Below, in pieces: positions 39,161 through 50,500 of a stretch of DNA of 64,000 nt; position 1 is the first letter of the stretch; each line of letters starts with the position of its first letter. Under the pieces are notes generated by a model. That model was not told the DNA's origin, searched no databases, and was given only the letters and a program-made list of their open reading frames with translations. Both the position numbers and the translations under genes were made by a program. Source of the DNA: Longimicrobiales bacterium (GTDB lineage: Bacteria > Gemmatimonadota > Gemmatimonadetes > Longimicrobiales > Gaopeijiaceae). The stretch lies in the NCBI GenBank assembly GCA_965202985.1, contig CBDBCF010000001.1, forward strand, positions 640,001 to 704,000, read 5' to 3'.

Positions 39161-39927
39161 GCTGGCCCGACCACCAGGCCCATGTACCAGCCTGCGATCC
39201 GGTCGCCCCAGACGTAGGCCGCGCCCGCTCCCACGGAGAGGAAGACGCCGAAGGGGACGAGCTTGCCCGAGCGGAGCGACACCGGGCCGAAGACGACGGT
39301 TCCCGCCAGGGCGCCGGCAAGGAGCGCGACCAGCACCCCGGCCGGCCCCAGGAACGCGCCGATCATGGCCATCGTCTTGATGTCGCCACCGCCCATCGCC
39401 GGCTTCTTGAAGACCAGCTTGCCGACGAACGCCGTGCCCCACAGGAGGCAGAACCCCAGGGCGGCCCCACCGATGCTGGCGGTCGCGTCCGGCCCGCCGG
39501 CAAGAGGCGCCGAGGCCAGGCCGAGGGCGGCGCCGCCCAGGGAGAACTGGTCCGGGATCAGGTAGGTGCGGGCGTCCGCAATGGCAATCCCCAGAAGGAT
39601 GGTGAGGAAGACGGCCCCCCGCAGCGCCTCGGGGTGCACGCCCCAGTGGTGCGCCGCGCCGGCCCAGATCATCCCGGTCGCGACTTCGGCCAGCGGATAC
39701 TGGGGACTTACGCGGGCGCCGCAGCTTCGGCAGCGGCCTCGGACCAACAGGTAGCCCACCACCGGCACGTTATCGCGCCAGCGAACGGGCTTGCCGCAGC
39801 TTCGGCAACGCGACCCGGGGCTCGTCACCGACTCGTCGGCGGTCCAACGGAAGACGCAGACGTTCAGGAAGGAGCCGAGGCAGAGCCCCAGCGCCCCGGC
39901 CACAGTTACGTAGGCGCCGTCGCTCAC
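39157..39927 (-). CDS. pilD: Prepilin peptidase (A24)
   Basis: GSFLNVC, two CxxC pairs, IPD, MGGGDIK and VPFG motifs. Confidence 0.9.
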   Translation of the reverse strand: MSDGAYVTVAGALGLCLGSFLNVCVFRWTADESVTSPGSRCRSCGKPVRWRDNVPVVGYLLVRGRCRSCGARVSPQYPLAEVATGMIWAGAAHHWGVHPEALRGAVFLTILLGIAIADARTYLIPDQFSLGGAALGLASAPLAGGPDATASIGGAALGFCLLWGTAFVGKLVFKKPAMGGGDIKTMAMIGAFLGPAGVLVALLAGALAGTVVFGPVSLRSGKLVPFGVFLSVGAGAAYVWGDRIAGWYMGLVVGPA

Positions 39928-40742
39928 CGCGGTCTCGACGACAGGACGTACATCAGGATCGACCCGGCCACAGCCACGTTGAGGGAGTCCACCCCGGGAG
40001 CAAGGGGCACGGCCACGGCGCGACCCAACCGCCGGTAGCGATCCGACACGCCCCGAACCTCGTTGCCCACCACCAGCACCCAGCTCGCGCCGGGGGTGTC
40101 CGCAACGTCCGGGAGCGCGTCCCGGGGCAGGGCCAAGGGGGCGCTCGCAGCGTCCGGGGGAACGCCCGCGGGGTCCGCGTAGAGCAGGCGCGGCGGGGAC
40201 GCCGAGGCCGACTCTTCCCCAGCCGGAAAACCCGGGGGCACGACCAGGAGAGGCACGCGGAAGACTCCGCCGGCCGACGCCCGGACCACCTTGGGGTTCC
40301 ACGGGTCCACCGTTCCCTGGCCGATCGCGACTCCGTCGAGGCCGAAGGCCCAGGCGCTCCGCACCAGCGTCCCCAAGTTGCCCGGCCCCTGGACGGCATC
40401 GGCAACCATGTATCGCCCCGGAAGGAGAGGTCGCGCCTCCAGTGGCGGCGTCTTGACGACGGCCAGCGCGGGGCGCGGCGACTCGGTAGCGCAGATGTCC
40501 ACAACTTCGTCGTCCGGTGCAAGCACTGTGGTCACCCCCCTCTCGCGACCCAGCGACGCGATCTCCCAGCCCTCCGGGGTCCCCGCGTACTCCTCCCCGA
40601 TCGCCGTCCACGCGACCTGGACCGGCGAGCGCAGCGCCTCCGCGATCACTTTCGGACCCTCCACCACCGTCATCCGCTTCCGCGCCCGGTGACGGCTTCG
40701 GGCCAACAGCTCGACCGTCCTCCGCTTAGCTTTGCTGATCAT
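39924..40742 (-). CDS. TrmH/SpoU family RNA methyltransferase
   Basis: VEG, PGNLGT, KVVRASAG, GNE..G and SLNVAVA motifs. Confidence 0.9.
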   Translation of the reverse strand: MISKAKRRTVELLARSRHRARKRMTVVEGPKVIAEALRSPVQVAWTAIGEEYAGTPEGWEIASLGRERGVTTVLAPDDEVVDICATESPRPALAVVKTPPLEARPLLPGRYMVADAVQGPGNLGTLVRSAWAFGLDGVAIGQGTVDPWNPKVVRASAGGVFRVPLLVVPPGFPAGEESASASPPRLLYADPAGVPPDAASAPLALPRDALPDVADTPGASWVLVVGNEVRGVSDRYRRLGRAVAVPLAPGVDSLNVAVAGSILMYVLSSRPR

Positions 40743-41580
40743 GCGCCGTTCGTCGCCTCCACCGGAGCCGCCGGTCGGGGACCGCCCGCCCGTCGTTCTC
40801 ACCGTGGCCGGGAGCGACAGCGGCGGCGGGGCCGGGATCCAGGCGGACCTCAAGACGTTCCATCAATGGGGCGTCTACGGCGTCTCCGCAGTCACGGCGG
40901 TGACGGCCCAGAACACCCGCGGGGTCCAGAAGGTACACGCGACGCCGCCCGCTGTGGTCGCGGCGCAGATCGGGAGCGTCGCCGACGACTTCGCCGTGCG
41001 GGCGGTCAAGACCGGGATGCTCGCCGGCGCCGACACGGTGCGGGCGGTGGTGGAGGCGCTCCGAGAGCACGACCTGGGCCGCTACGTGCTCGACCCGGTG
41101 ATGGTCGCGACCAGCGGGGACCGTCTGCTCGACCCCGATGCAGTGGACGCGGTTCGGGACGAGCTCCTTCCCTTGGCGGCGCTGATTGCCCCCAATTGGC
41201 CCGAGGCCGTGGTTCTGACCGGCGTCGAGGAGGACAGCGTCGAGGGCATGGAGCGGGCCGCACGGCTGCTAGTGGACGCCGGTGCCGGGGCAGCCCTCGT
41301 CAAGGGTGGGCATCTGGCCGGCGAGGAAGTGGTGGACGTGCTGTGGGACGGTCGGTCGATCCGCGTCCTGCGCGGGCGGCGGATCGCCACCCGCCACACT
41401 CACGGGACGGGGTGTTCGTTGAGCGCTGCGATTGCGGCCGGGCTGGCGTTGGGTCGCCCGGTGCCGAAGGCGGCGGAGGTCGCGGTCGCGTGGGTTCGCC
41501 GGGCAATTGCGGAAGCGCCGGGGCTGGGCCAGGGAAGCGGCCCAATCAACCACTTCGCGACGGCGCCCTCGTCCGTCTGA
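40741..41580 (+). CDS. thiD: Hydroxymethylpyrimidine/phosphomethylpyrimidine kinase
   Basis: AGSDSGGGAGIQADLK, TAQNT, KTGML, DPVM, KGGH and HGTGC motifs. Confidence 0.95.
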   Translation: MRRSSPPPEPPVGDRPPVVLTVAGSDSGGGAGIQADLKTFHQWGVYGVSAVTAVTAQNTRGVQKVHATPPAVVAAQIGSVADDFAVRAVKTGMLAGADTVRAVVEALREHDLGRYVLDPVMVATSGDRLLDPDAVDAVRDELLPLAALIAPNWPEAVVLTGVEEDSVEGMERAARLLVDAGAGAALVKGGHLAGEEVVDVLWDGRSIRVLRGRRIATRHTHGTGCSLSAAIAAGLALGRPVPKAAEVAVAWVRRAIAEAPGLGQGSGPINHFATAPSSV

Positions 41581-41588
41581 CCTGGCAC

Positions 41589-44500
41589 CTACTCGAAGAC
41601 GATCCTGCCCGAGAGGCCGATGCGGCGTTCCGGAGGCTGGACGCCGCTGGCGACGTGCTCGCCGAACAGGTCCATCATCAAGCGCAGGCCGGGCGACCGG
41701 CTCCCGGAGGACTCGGTAAGTTGCCCCGTGGTCTCGCCGCCCAGCAACGACCAGCGGGTCCCCACGTTCACCCGATGGCCCGTCGGTCCCTCGCGGCTCC
41801 ACCGGCCGAACGGCTTGACCTGGGCACCGCCGGACAGCAGCACGCCGTAGCCGACCTCCATCGCCACGCGGTCGGGCGCCCAGCCCGGCGCGCCCGTGGC
41901 CGCCAGCACGCCGGAGCCTGCCGGGAGGCCCGGGCCTGCCTGCGAGCCGGCGGTCGAGCCGCCGTCAGCGCCCGACGCTCCCTGCGCCGACGGGTCGCCC
42001 TGGTTGTGAGCGAGTCCCGCGCCTGCTGGGACGTTCACGCCGACTGGCCGCACGGCGCCGACCGGCGCGCTGAAGCCGGCCGCGCCCGCGGTCCGCCACA
42101 CGTCCGCGCCCCCTTGCCACAGCGTCCGCGCGCCACCCCCGGCGTCGCCCCACGTCGGCTCGACCGAGAACGACAGCCCGCCCTCGCTCTCGCCCCCGCC
42201 GCCCGGCTGCAACCTCAGCGAGAACCCCGCGCCCCAGTCCTTGAAGTCGCGCTCCTGGTGCACCAGCAGCGCACGACCCCGCGCCGTCATGCTGAACCCG
42301 CTGGCTTGGTGCGCCAACCCCACCTCGGCGCCCGCCTCCGCGCCCATCCCCGTCTCCGCGTCGCCACCGTCGAAGCGACCCCCCACCTCGAACCGCGTCC
42401 GCATCGCCAGCCCGCCGCCCAACGACCACTGGCCGCCGATCTCCGGCGCCAGTCGCACGCGCTGCGCGTCCGCCGTCACGCCCGCCAGCCCCGTCACTTC
42501 GTCCGACAAGATGCGCACCGCGAAAGCGTCCGCCTTCAGCGCCAACCCGCCGGTCAGCTCCTGACGCACGCCCAGCGCGCCCATGCGCATCTCCAAGTCC
42601 GTGTCGAAACGGCCGCCCGCCGACTCATCGAGCGTCGCGTCGCCCCGGCCCGCGCCCGCCAAGCCCCACACCCCGAACCCGCCGCCGGACGACCAGTGCA
42701 GGTAGGGGTACAGGCTGGTCAGGCGAGCGTCGACCGATCCCGCGCCGTTGACGTCGCTGTCGAAGCCGGCCTCCATGTCGCTGCGCGAGCCCGCAAGGCC
42801 CATGAGGAACCCGGAGCCGAACCGGTAGTCCAGCCCCAGGTAGGCGGAGCGCGTGCGGCCGTCCATGGCGAAGCCGTCTCGGGGACGGCCCTCGAACTCG
42901 CCCAGGTTCGCCTGGCCCCACACCGTCCAGCCCGACCGGACAGCTTCGCTGGCTGCCGAGCCGGCCGAGCCGCCGAACGACAGCTGGAACGAACTCTGCG
43001 AGCGCAGGCCGCGGGCGTCGACGGGGTTGAACGTCAGGCCGCCCCGGTCGGCGCGAGCGCCGCGCTCGGCATCGGCTTGCTGTTGGCCCTGGTAGGAGCC
43101 GCCCATGCCGCCTGCGCCGCCCGCTGTCGGTTGACCGAATGCACCGCCCCGGCCGTCGCCGAACAGCAGCGCGGCCAAGTCGACAGTCCCGCCGGCCGCG
43201 TCCGGCGAGCCGGGGTGCGCGATCTGCAGCCCCAGCAGGCCCGTCGCGCCCCGCACCAGCGACTCGAGGCCGCAATGGCCCGAGCCGCCTGCATCGCCGT
43301 TGCCGCCACCTGCGGCCTGGCCCGAGCCGCCCGCGGCGGCATTGCCCTGGCCGTCGTCGGCTTGACCGTGCACTGCGTTCGCAACGTCGGCGAAGCCGCC
43401 GGCGCCGAATGCATCCGAGCCGCCCGTGCCGCAGGCCAGCGAGCGCCCGCCGAGCTGCACGTGCGACCGGCCCAGCGCGCCCGACGACCCCAGCCCCAAC
43501 CGCCCGCCGATCGCCTCCACCGTCTCCGTGCCCAGCGACCTGCCGAACGCCGCCAGCGTCAGCTCCAACGCACGCGCACGCTCCGACCGCGACGCCTCCA
43601 CCGTCACACGCACCTGCTGCTGAGCCGACAACCCGCCCGGATCGCTCGCGCGTACCGTCACCACAGCCTCGCCGATCGCCCGCGGCGCGATCGACAACCG
43701 GCCCGCGCCCGTCACCGTCGCAGCCGCCACGGCCGGCGACGACGATTCGACCGCGTACGCCAGCGCGTCGCCGTCCGGGTCCCGGAAGTACTGCCCCAAC
43801 TCCTCTTCCACCGCGGCGCCGTACGCCTCGAGCGTCTTCGGCGACATCGCGCCCACCGCCTCCGGACCCTCGTTCACGTCCAGCAACGTCACCGTCACGC
43901 CCGCCTCGGCCGTCAGTCCGCCCGCGTCCGTCGCCCGCACCGTCAGCGCGAACGTCGGCGGACCCGCCTCGTAGTCCTCGCCGCTCCCCACGTACCGCAC
44001 CTCGCCCGTCCGAGCGTCCACCTCGAACCGCGCGGCATCGCCTTCGGCCAAGCTGTACGCCGGCGCGTCGCCGCGGTCCGGGTCCGTCGCTTCGACCACG
44101 CCCAGCGTCAGCGGTCCGGCAGCGTTCTCCGCCAGCTCGAAAGCGTATGCGGAGTCCGCGAACGCCGGCGCCTCGTTCACGTCCACCAGCGCGACCGTCG
44201 CGGCGACCCGCGCCGCCAGTCCCTCGCCGTCGGTCGCCACCACCTCGAACTCCCAGGACGCCGGGCCCGCCTCGTAGTCCTCGCCCTCGCCCGCGTACCG
44301 CACCTCGCCCGTAACAGCGTCCACCTCGAAGAGCGCCGCGCCTTCGCCCGACAGGCTGTACACGAGCGTGTCCGCTCGGTCCGGGTCCGCAGCCTCGACC
44401 ATCCCCAGCACCAACGGTCCGGCGACGTTCTCCTCGAACTCCCACTCGTAGACCTCCGCAGCGAACACGGGCGCCTCGTTACGGTCCAGCAGCGCCACCG

Positions 44501-47500
44501 TCACCCGCGCAGACGCCGCGACGCCGCCGCGGTCCGTCGCACGGACCTCGAGCGCCCAGCTCTCCGGGCCCGTCTCCGCGTCCTCGCCTTCGCCCACGTA
44601 CCGCAACTCGCCCGTAACAGCGTCCACCTCGAACTGCTCGGCGGCGCCTTCGGCCAAGCTGTACGTCGGCGGGTCGTCCCGGTCCGGGTCCGTCGCCCGC
44701 ACCGCGCCCAGCACCAACGGTCCCGCAGCGTTCTCCGCCAGCTCGAACGCATATGCGCTGTCGACGAACGACGGCGCCTCGTTCACGTCCGCAACCATCA
44801 CCGTCGCCGTCGTCCGCGCCGTACGGCCCAGCAAGTCCGTCGCCGTCGCCTCCAAACGCCACATGCCTATGCTCGTCTCGTAGTCCTCGCCTCCGCCAAC
44901 ATACCGCAACTCGCCCGTGCCAGCGTCCAGCTCGAACCGGTCGGCGTCGCCCGCCACCAGCGCGTAAGTCAGGGTGTCGCCCTCGTCCAAGTCCACAGCC
45001 TCCATCACCCCCAGAACCAGCGGACCCGCAGCGTCCTCCGCCAGCTCGAACCGCCAACCGTCCTCGACGAACGACGGCGCCTCGTCGTTCTCGTTCACGA
45101 CCTTCACCGTCACCTTCGCCACCGTCTCGAGCTGCTCGCCCTCGCCCACGCCGTCCGTCACCGCCACCACCAGCATCACGTACTCCGAACGCTGCTCCGC
45201 GTCCTCGCCACCGCCAACGTAAGTCACCACGCCGCTCGACACGTCCACCTCGAACAGCCCCTCGCCTCCGCTCTCCAACCCGTAGCGCATCTCGGCGCCC
45301 AACGGACTCGTCGCAACCACCTCGCCCAGCGGCAGCGGGCCCGCAACGTTCTCCGCCAACTCGAACTCGTACTCCAACCGACCGAACACCGGGTCCAGGC
45401 TGCCCGCGCCGTTCACCGCGTGGTCCGCCAAGTCCGTCACCGCGTGCGCGCCCAGGTCCAGCGCCGCGAGCGTCGTGCCGCCCGCGATCCGCAGCGCGCC
45501 CGCCGACTCCGCCAGCGCGTCCGCCGGGATGCTGATCCCGTCCGGGTCCCGGTCCGCAGGACGGACCACGTACTCGAACGCCAGCACCGCAGTGCCCGAA
45601 CCCGACACGTAGACCGCGTGCCGCGTCGTCCCGCCCACGTCGATCGCCAACCGCGCCGCAGCCGTGTTCGCAGCCGTCGCGGCCGTCATCGACGCCGCCA
45701 GCGCCGGCGACGACGACGCGCCCGCCACATCGACCGGCCGGCTGAACGTCACCTCGACACGGATCACGCCGCCAGCGCCGTACAGTCCCGTCGCCACAGG
45801 CTCGCTCGTCACCGCCAAGCCCACCACCACCGGCGCGACCTCGACCGTACCGTCCACCTTGTCGGCAGCAGCAGCCGCAATCGCTTGGCCGCCCAGCGCC
45901 AGCGTCGCCGGACGAACGCCGTCCGCCGTGTTCACGATCGCACCGCCGTTCAGCGTCAACGCAGCAGCTGCAACGCCGACGCCGTCCGCGTCCGCGTCCA
46001 CCCCGCCCGTACCGCTGCCGCCGCTGCCCGCGCCCTGCACACGGTACGCGAACGACAACGTCGCCGTGCCGCTGCCGCCCGCGTAGCTCGCCTGACGCGC
46101 AACCGTCCCCACCGTCAGCGCCAGCTGCGGCGCGCCCGTCACCGTCACCGCACGGTCGAACGTGACCTGAACCTCGATCCGCTCGCCCAGCCCGTAGGTG
46201 TCCCCGCTCTCCGGCGCGCTCGACACCGCAACGCCGCTCACCGTCGCGCCCGCCAGCGTACCGTCCACCTTGTGGCCCGATGCCGCGCTCAACGCATGGC
46301 TGCCCAGCCCCAACGCCGCCGCCGTCGATCCGTCGCGGGCGTCCGCGATCGCGCCGCTGTTCAGCGCCAGCGCGCTCGCGCCGACCTCGATCCCGTCCGC
46401 GTCCGCGTCCGCAGCCACCACCGTGTAGCGGAACGTCAGCGCCCGCGTGCCCGTCCCGCTCGCGTAGTCCGCCTGCCGCGTCTGCGCACCCACCGTCAGC
46501 GCCACCCGAGGCGTGCCCGTCACCGTCACCCGACGGTTGAACGTCACCTGCACCTCGATCGACTCGTCGCGGCCGTACGTCGTCGCCACCGCAGGCGAAC
46601 TCGTCAGCGACACGCCCGACACCGCCGCCGCCGTGAAAGTACCGCCCGCAACCTTGTGGCCCGCGCTGTTCGTTACCGTGTGCGTCCCCAGCCCCAGAAC
46701 CGCGTCCACCGTCCCGCCCGCCACGTCGATCGTCCCGCCGTTCAGCGCCAACGCGCTCGCCGCGATGCTGATGCCGTCCGCGTCCGCGTCCGCAGTCACC
46801 ACCACGTAACGGAACACCAGCGACGCCGTGCCGCTGCCCGAAGCGTAGCCCGCCTGCTTCGTCGTGCTGCCGATCCCCAACGCCAGCTGCGGCGTGCCCG
46901 TCACGTCCACCGCCTTGTTGAACACCACCGTCGCAACCACCGTGTCGCCGCGCTCGAACGTGTCGCCGATCGGCGGCGACGCGATCGACACCGCGCTCAC
47001 GCCCGGCGGGCCCTGAGTGCCGTCCACCCGATGGCTGCCGCTGTTCGATATCGCATGGCCGCCCAACCCCAGGCTCGCAGCCTCGTTCGCGTCGCGAGCG
47101 TCCGCGATCGCGCCCCCGTTCAGCGACAACGCGCTCGCGCCGATGCTCAACCCGTTCGCGTCCGCGTCCGCTGCAACCACCGTGTAGGCGAACGACAGCA
47201 CGCGGCCGTCCGTCGTCGTCACGTACGACGCCTGCCGCGTCTGCGTACCGATCGTCAGCGCCAGCTCGGGCGAGCCCGTCACCGCCACGTTGCGGTTGAA
47301 CGTCACCTCGACACCGATCTCCTCGCTCAACCCGTACGTGCCCCCGCCCGCCGGACTGCTCGTTATCGTCACGCCCGACACCGACGCCGCCGTGAACGTA
47401 CCGCCCGCTACGCGCAGTGCGCCGTCGTCGCCGATCGCATGATGCTCCAGGCTCAGCAAGGCGTCCGTCGTACCGCCCGCAACGTCGATCGTACCGCCGT

Positions 47501-50500
47501 TCAACGCCAACGCGCTCGCGCCGATGCTCAACCCGTCCGCGTCCGCGTCCGCCGTCGCCACCACGTACCGGAACACCAACGCCGCCGTGCCCGTCCCCGA
47601 CGCATACGCAGCCTGACGCGTCTGCGAACCAATCCCCAGCGCCAGCCGCGGCCCGCCCGTCACGTCCACCGCCTTGTTGAATACAACCATCGCAACCACC
47701 GTGTCGCCGCGCTCGAACGTGCCGCCCGGCGCCGCCGCCACCGTCAACCCCGCGACACCCGGCGGACCCAGCCCGCCGTTCACCTTGTGCGAAGCGTCGT
47801 TCGTCACCGCGCTCGAACCCAGCCCCAGCGACGCGGCCGCAGCGCCCGGACGCACGTCGGCGATCGTCCCGCCGTTCAGCGTCAGCGCGCCCGCCGCGAT
47901 GCTCAACCCGTCCGCGTCCACGTCCGATGGTCGAACCGCGTAGCCGAACACCAGCGTGTCCGCCTTGCTCGAAGCCGACTCCCAGCTCGCCTGCCTGGTC
48001 GTAGTCCCGATCGTCAGCGCCAAGCGCGGCGCGCCCGTCACCGCCACCGGTCGCCCGAACGCCACCTTCACCTCGATCGACTCGCCCAACTGGTACGTCT
48101 GACCGCTCGCCGGAGCGCTCGATATCGTCACCGCAGTCACTGCCGGCACCGTGAACGTACTGCCAGACACCTTGTGGCCGCCGCTGTTCGTCACCACCAC
48201 GCCCGCGCCCAGCCCCAACGTCGCGTCCAGCGTCCCGCCAGCCAGACGGATCGTCCCGCCGCTCAACGTCAGCGCGCTCGCTGCGATGCTCAATCCGTCC
48301 GCATCCGCGTCGCCCGACGCCACCACGTACCGGAACACCAGCGACGTCGTGCCCGAACCGCTCGCGTAGCTCGCCTGCCTGGTCGCGCTCCCGATCGTCA
48401 GTGCGAGCCGCGGCGTGCCCGTCACGTCCACCGCGCGGTTGAACTCCAGCTCGACCTCGATCGTCTCGCCACGCTCGAACACGTCGCCCACCACGGGAGA
48501 ATCGATCGTCAGCGACGTCACCCCCGGCGGTCCCTGGCTCCCGTCCACCTTGTGCGCAGCAGCGTTCGATATCGCGTTCGAACCCAGTCCCAACGTCGCA
48601 GCCGTCGTGCCGCCCACCAGCACGATCGTCCCGCCGTTCAGCGTCAGCGCGCTCGCTGCGACGCCGATCCCCGTCGAATCCGCGTCCGCAGCAACCACCA
48701 CGTAGCGGAACACCAGCGTCCGCGTACCGCTCCCGCTCGCGTAGCTCGCCTGACGCGTCAGCGTGTCGATCGACAACGCCAGCTGCGGCGCCCCCGTCAC
48801 CGCCACCAAACGCTCGAACTCGACCTCCACCTCGATCGCCTCCGTGCGTCCGTACGTGCTGTCGCTCGCCGGCGCGCTCAATATCGCCACGCCGCTCACC
48901 GCCGGCGCCACCTCCTTCGTCCCGTCGACCTGGTACGCCACCGCGTCCGCGAAGTTCCACGGAACCAGCGACAGCCGAGCGTCCGTCGCCGTCCCCGTCG
49001 CTCGAATCGTCGCGCCGCCCGGCAACGTCAGAGCGTTCGCTCCGATGCTGATCCCCGTCGAGTCCGCGTCCGCCGCAACCACCGTGTAGCAGAACACCAA
49101 GATGTTGCCGCTCGTTACCGCGTCGCACTGCGCAGCGCTCCGCGTCTGCGCACCGATCCCCAAAGCCAGTCGCGGCGTGCCCGCCACCGTCACGCCCGTG
49201 TTGAACCCCACGCCCACCCGTATCTCGTCCCCAAGTCCGAACACGCTGTCCGTGCTCGCGTAAGAAATCCCGCTGTTCGTCGCCGACATGAAGAACACGC
49301 TCGTCACGTACGGCACGGCGCCCGAAACCTTGTGCGCCAAAGCGTTCGAAAACACGTGCGACCCCAACGCCAGGTCCGCCGCGTCCGACCGTTGCCGACT
49401 GTCGCCGATCGTGTCCGACGCGCTCACCGCCAAAGCGCCCGCGCCCACGCTGATCCCGTCCGCGTCCGCGTCCGTCGCCTGTACCACGTACCGGAACGTC
49501 ACACGCGTGAACGTCGCGTCCCTGCGGTTGTACTCCGCCTGACGCGTCGAGTCGCCGACCTCCAACGCCAGACGCGGCGTCCCCCCCACGTACACGCCCC
49601 GCACGAACTCCACCTCCACCTCGATCGCCTCGCCCCCCAAGTACGTGTCCCCAACCGCCGGACTGCTCGTTATCCTCAACCCCTTCACCACCGGCGCCGT
49701 CGCCGTGTTGCCCGCAACCTTGTGCGCCGCGCTGTTCGTTATCGCATGCGCGCCCAGACCCAACACCGCGTCCGTCGTCGTCCCCATCCGCCGAATCGTG
49801 GACCCGGACGGAGTCTCCAATGCGCTCGCGCCGATGCTGATCCCGTCCGCGTCCACTTGCTGCTGCGACACCGTGTACTCGAACTCCAACGACGTCGTGC
49901 CCGAACCCCTCCGGTACCACGCGTTACGCAAGCTCGACCCGACCCCGACACGCACCCGCGGCGTGCCCGTCACCGTCACCGCAGCGTTGAACTCCACCGT
50001 CACGACCACCACGTCGCCCAACTCGAACGTGCTGTCCGCCGGAGCATCGCCAATCGACACCCCCGTCACCACCGGACGGTCGCCCGCAACCTTGTGCGCC
50101 CCAGCGTTCGCGATCGCATGAGTGCCCAGTCCCAGCTCCGCCGTCACCGTCCCGCCCGCCTTGTTGATCGTCCCGCTGTTCAGCCCCAACGCGCTCGCTG
50201 CGATGCTCAACCCGTCCGCGTCCGCGTCCGTCGCTTGAACCACGTACCGGAACGTCAGCGAATCCGTCCCCGTCCCGCCCACGTAGCCCGCCTGCCGCGT
50301 CGCCGCTCCGATCCCCAACGCCACCTGCGGCGTCCCCACAACGTCCACCGCCTCGCTGAACTTCACCCACACCTCGATCCGGTGGCCCACCCCGTACGTG
50401 CTGTCCGAACCCGTCACGCTCGCCAAACCCGCGCCCGCCACCACCGGCACGCCCTGCAAACCATTCACCTTGTGCGCAGCAGCGTTCGACACCGCGTGCG

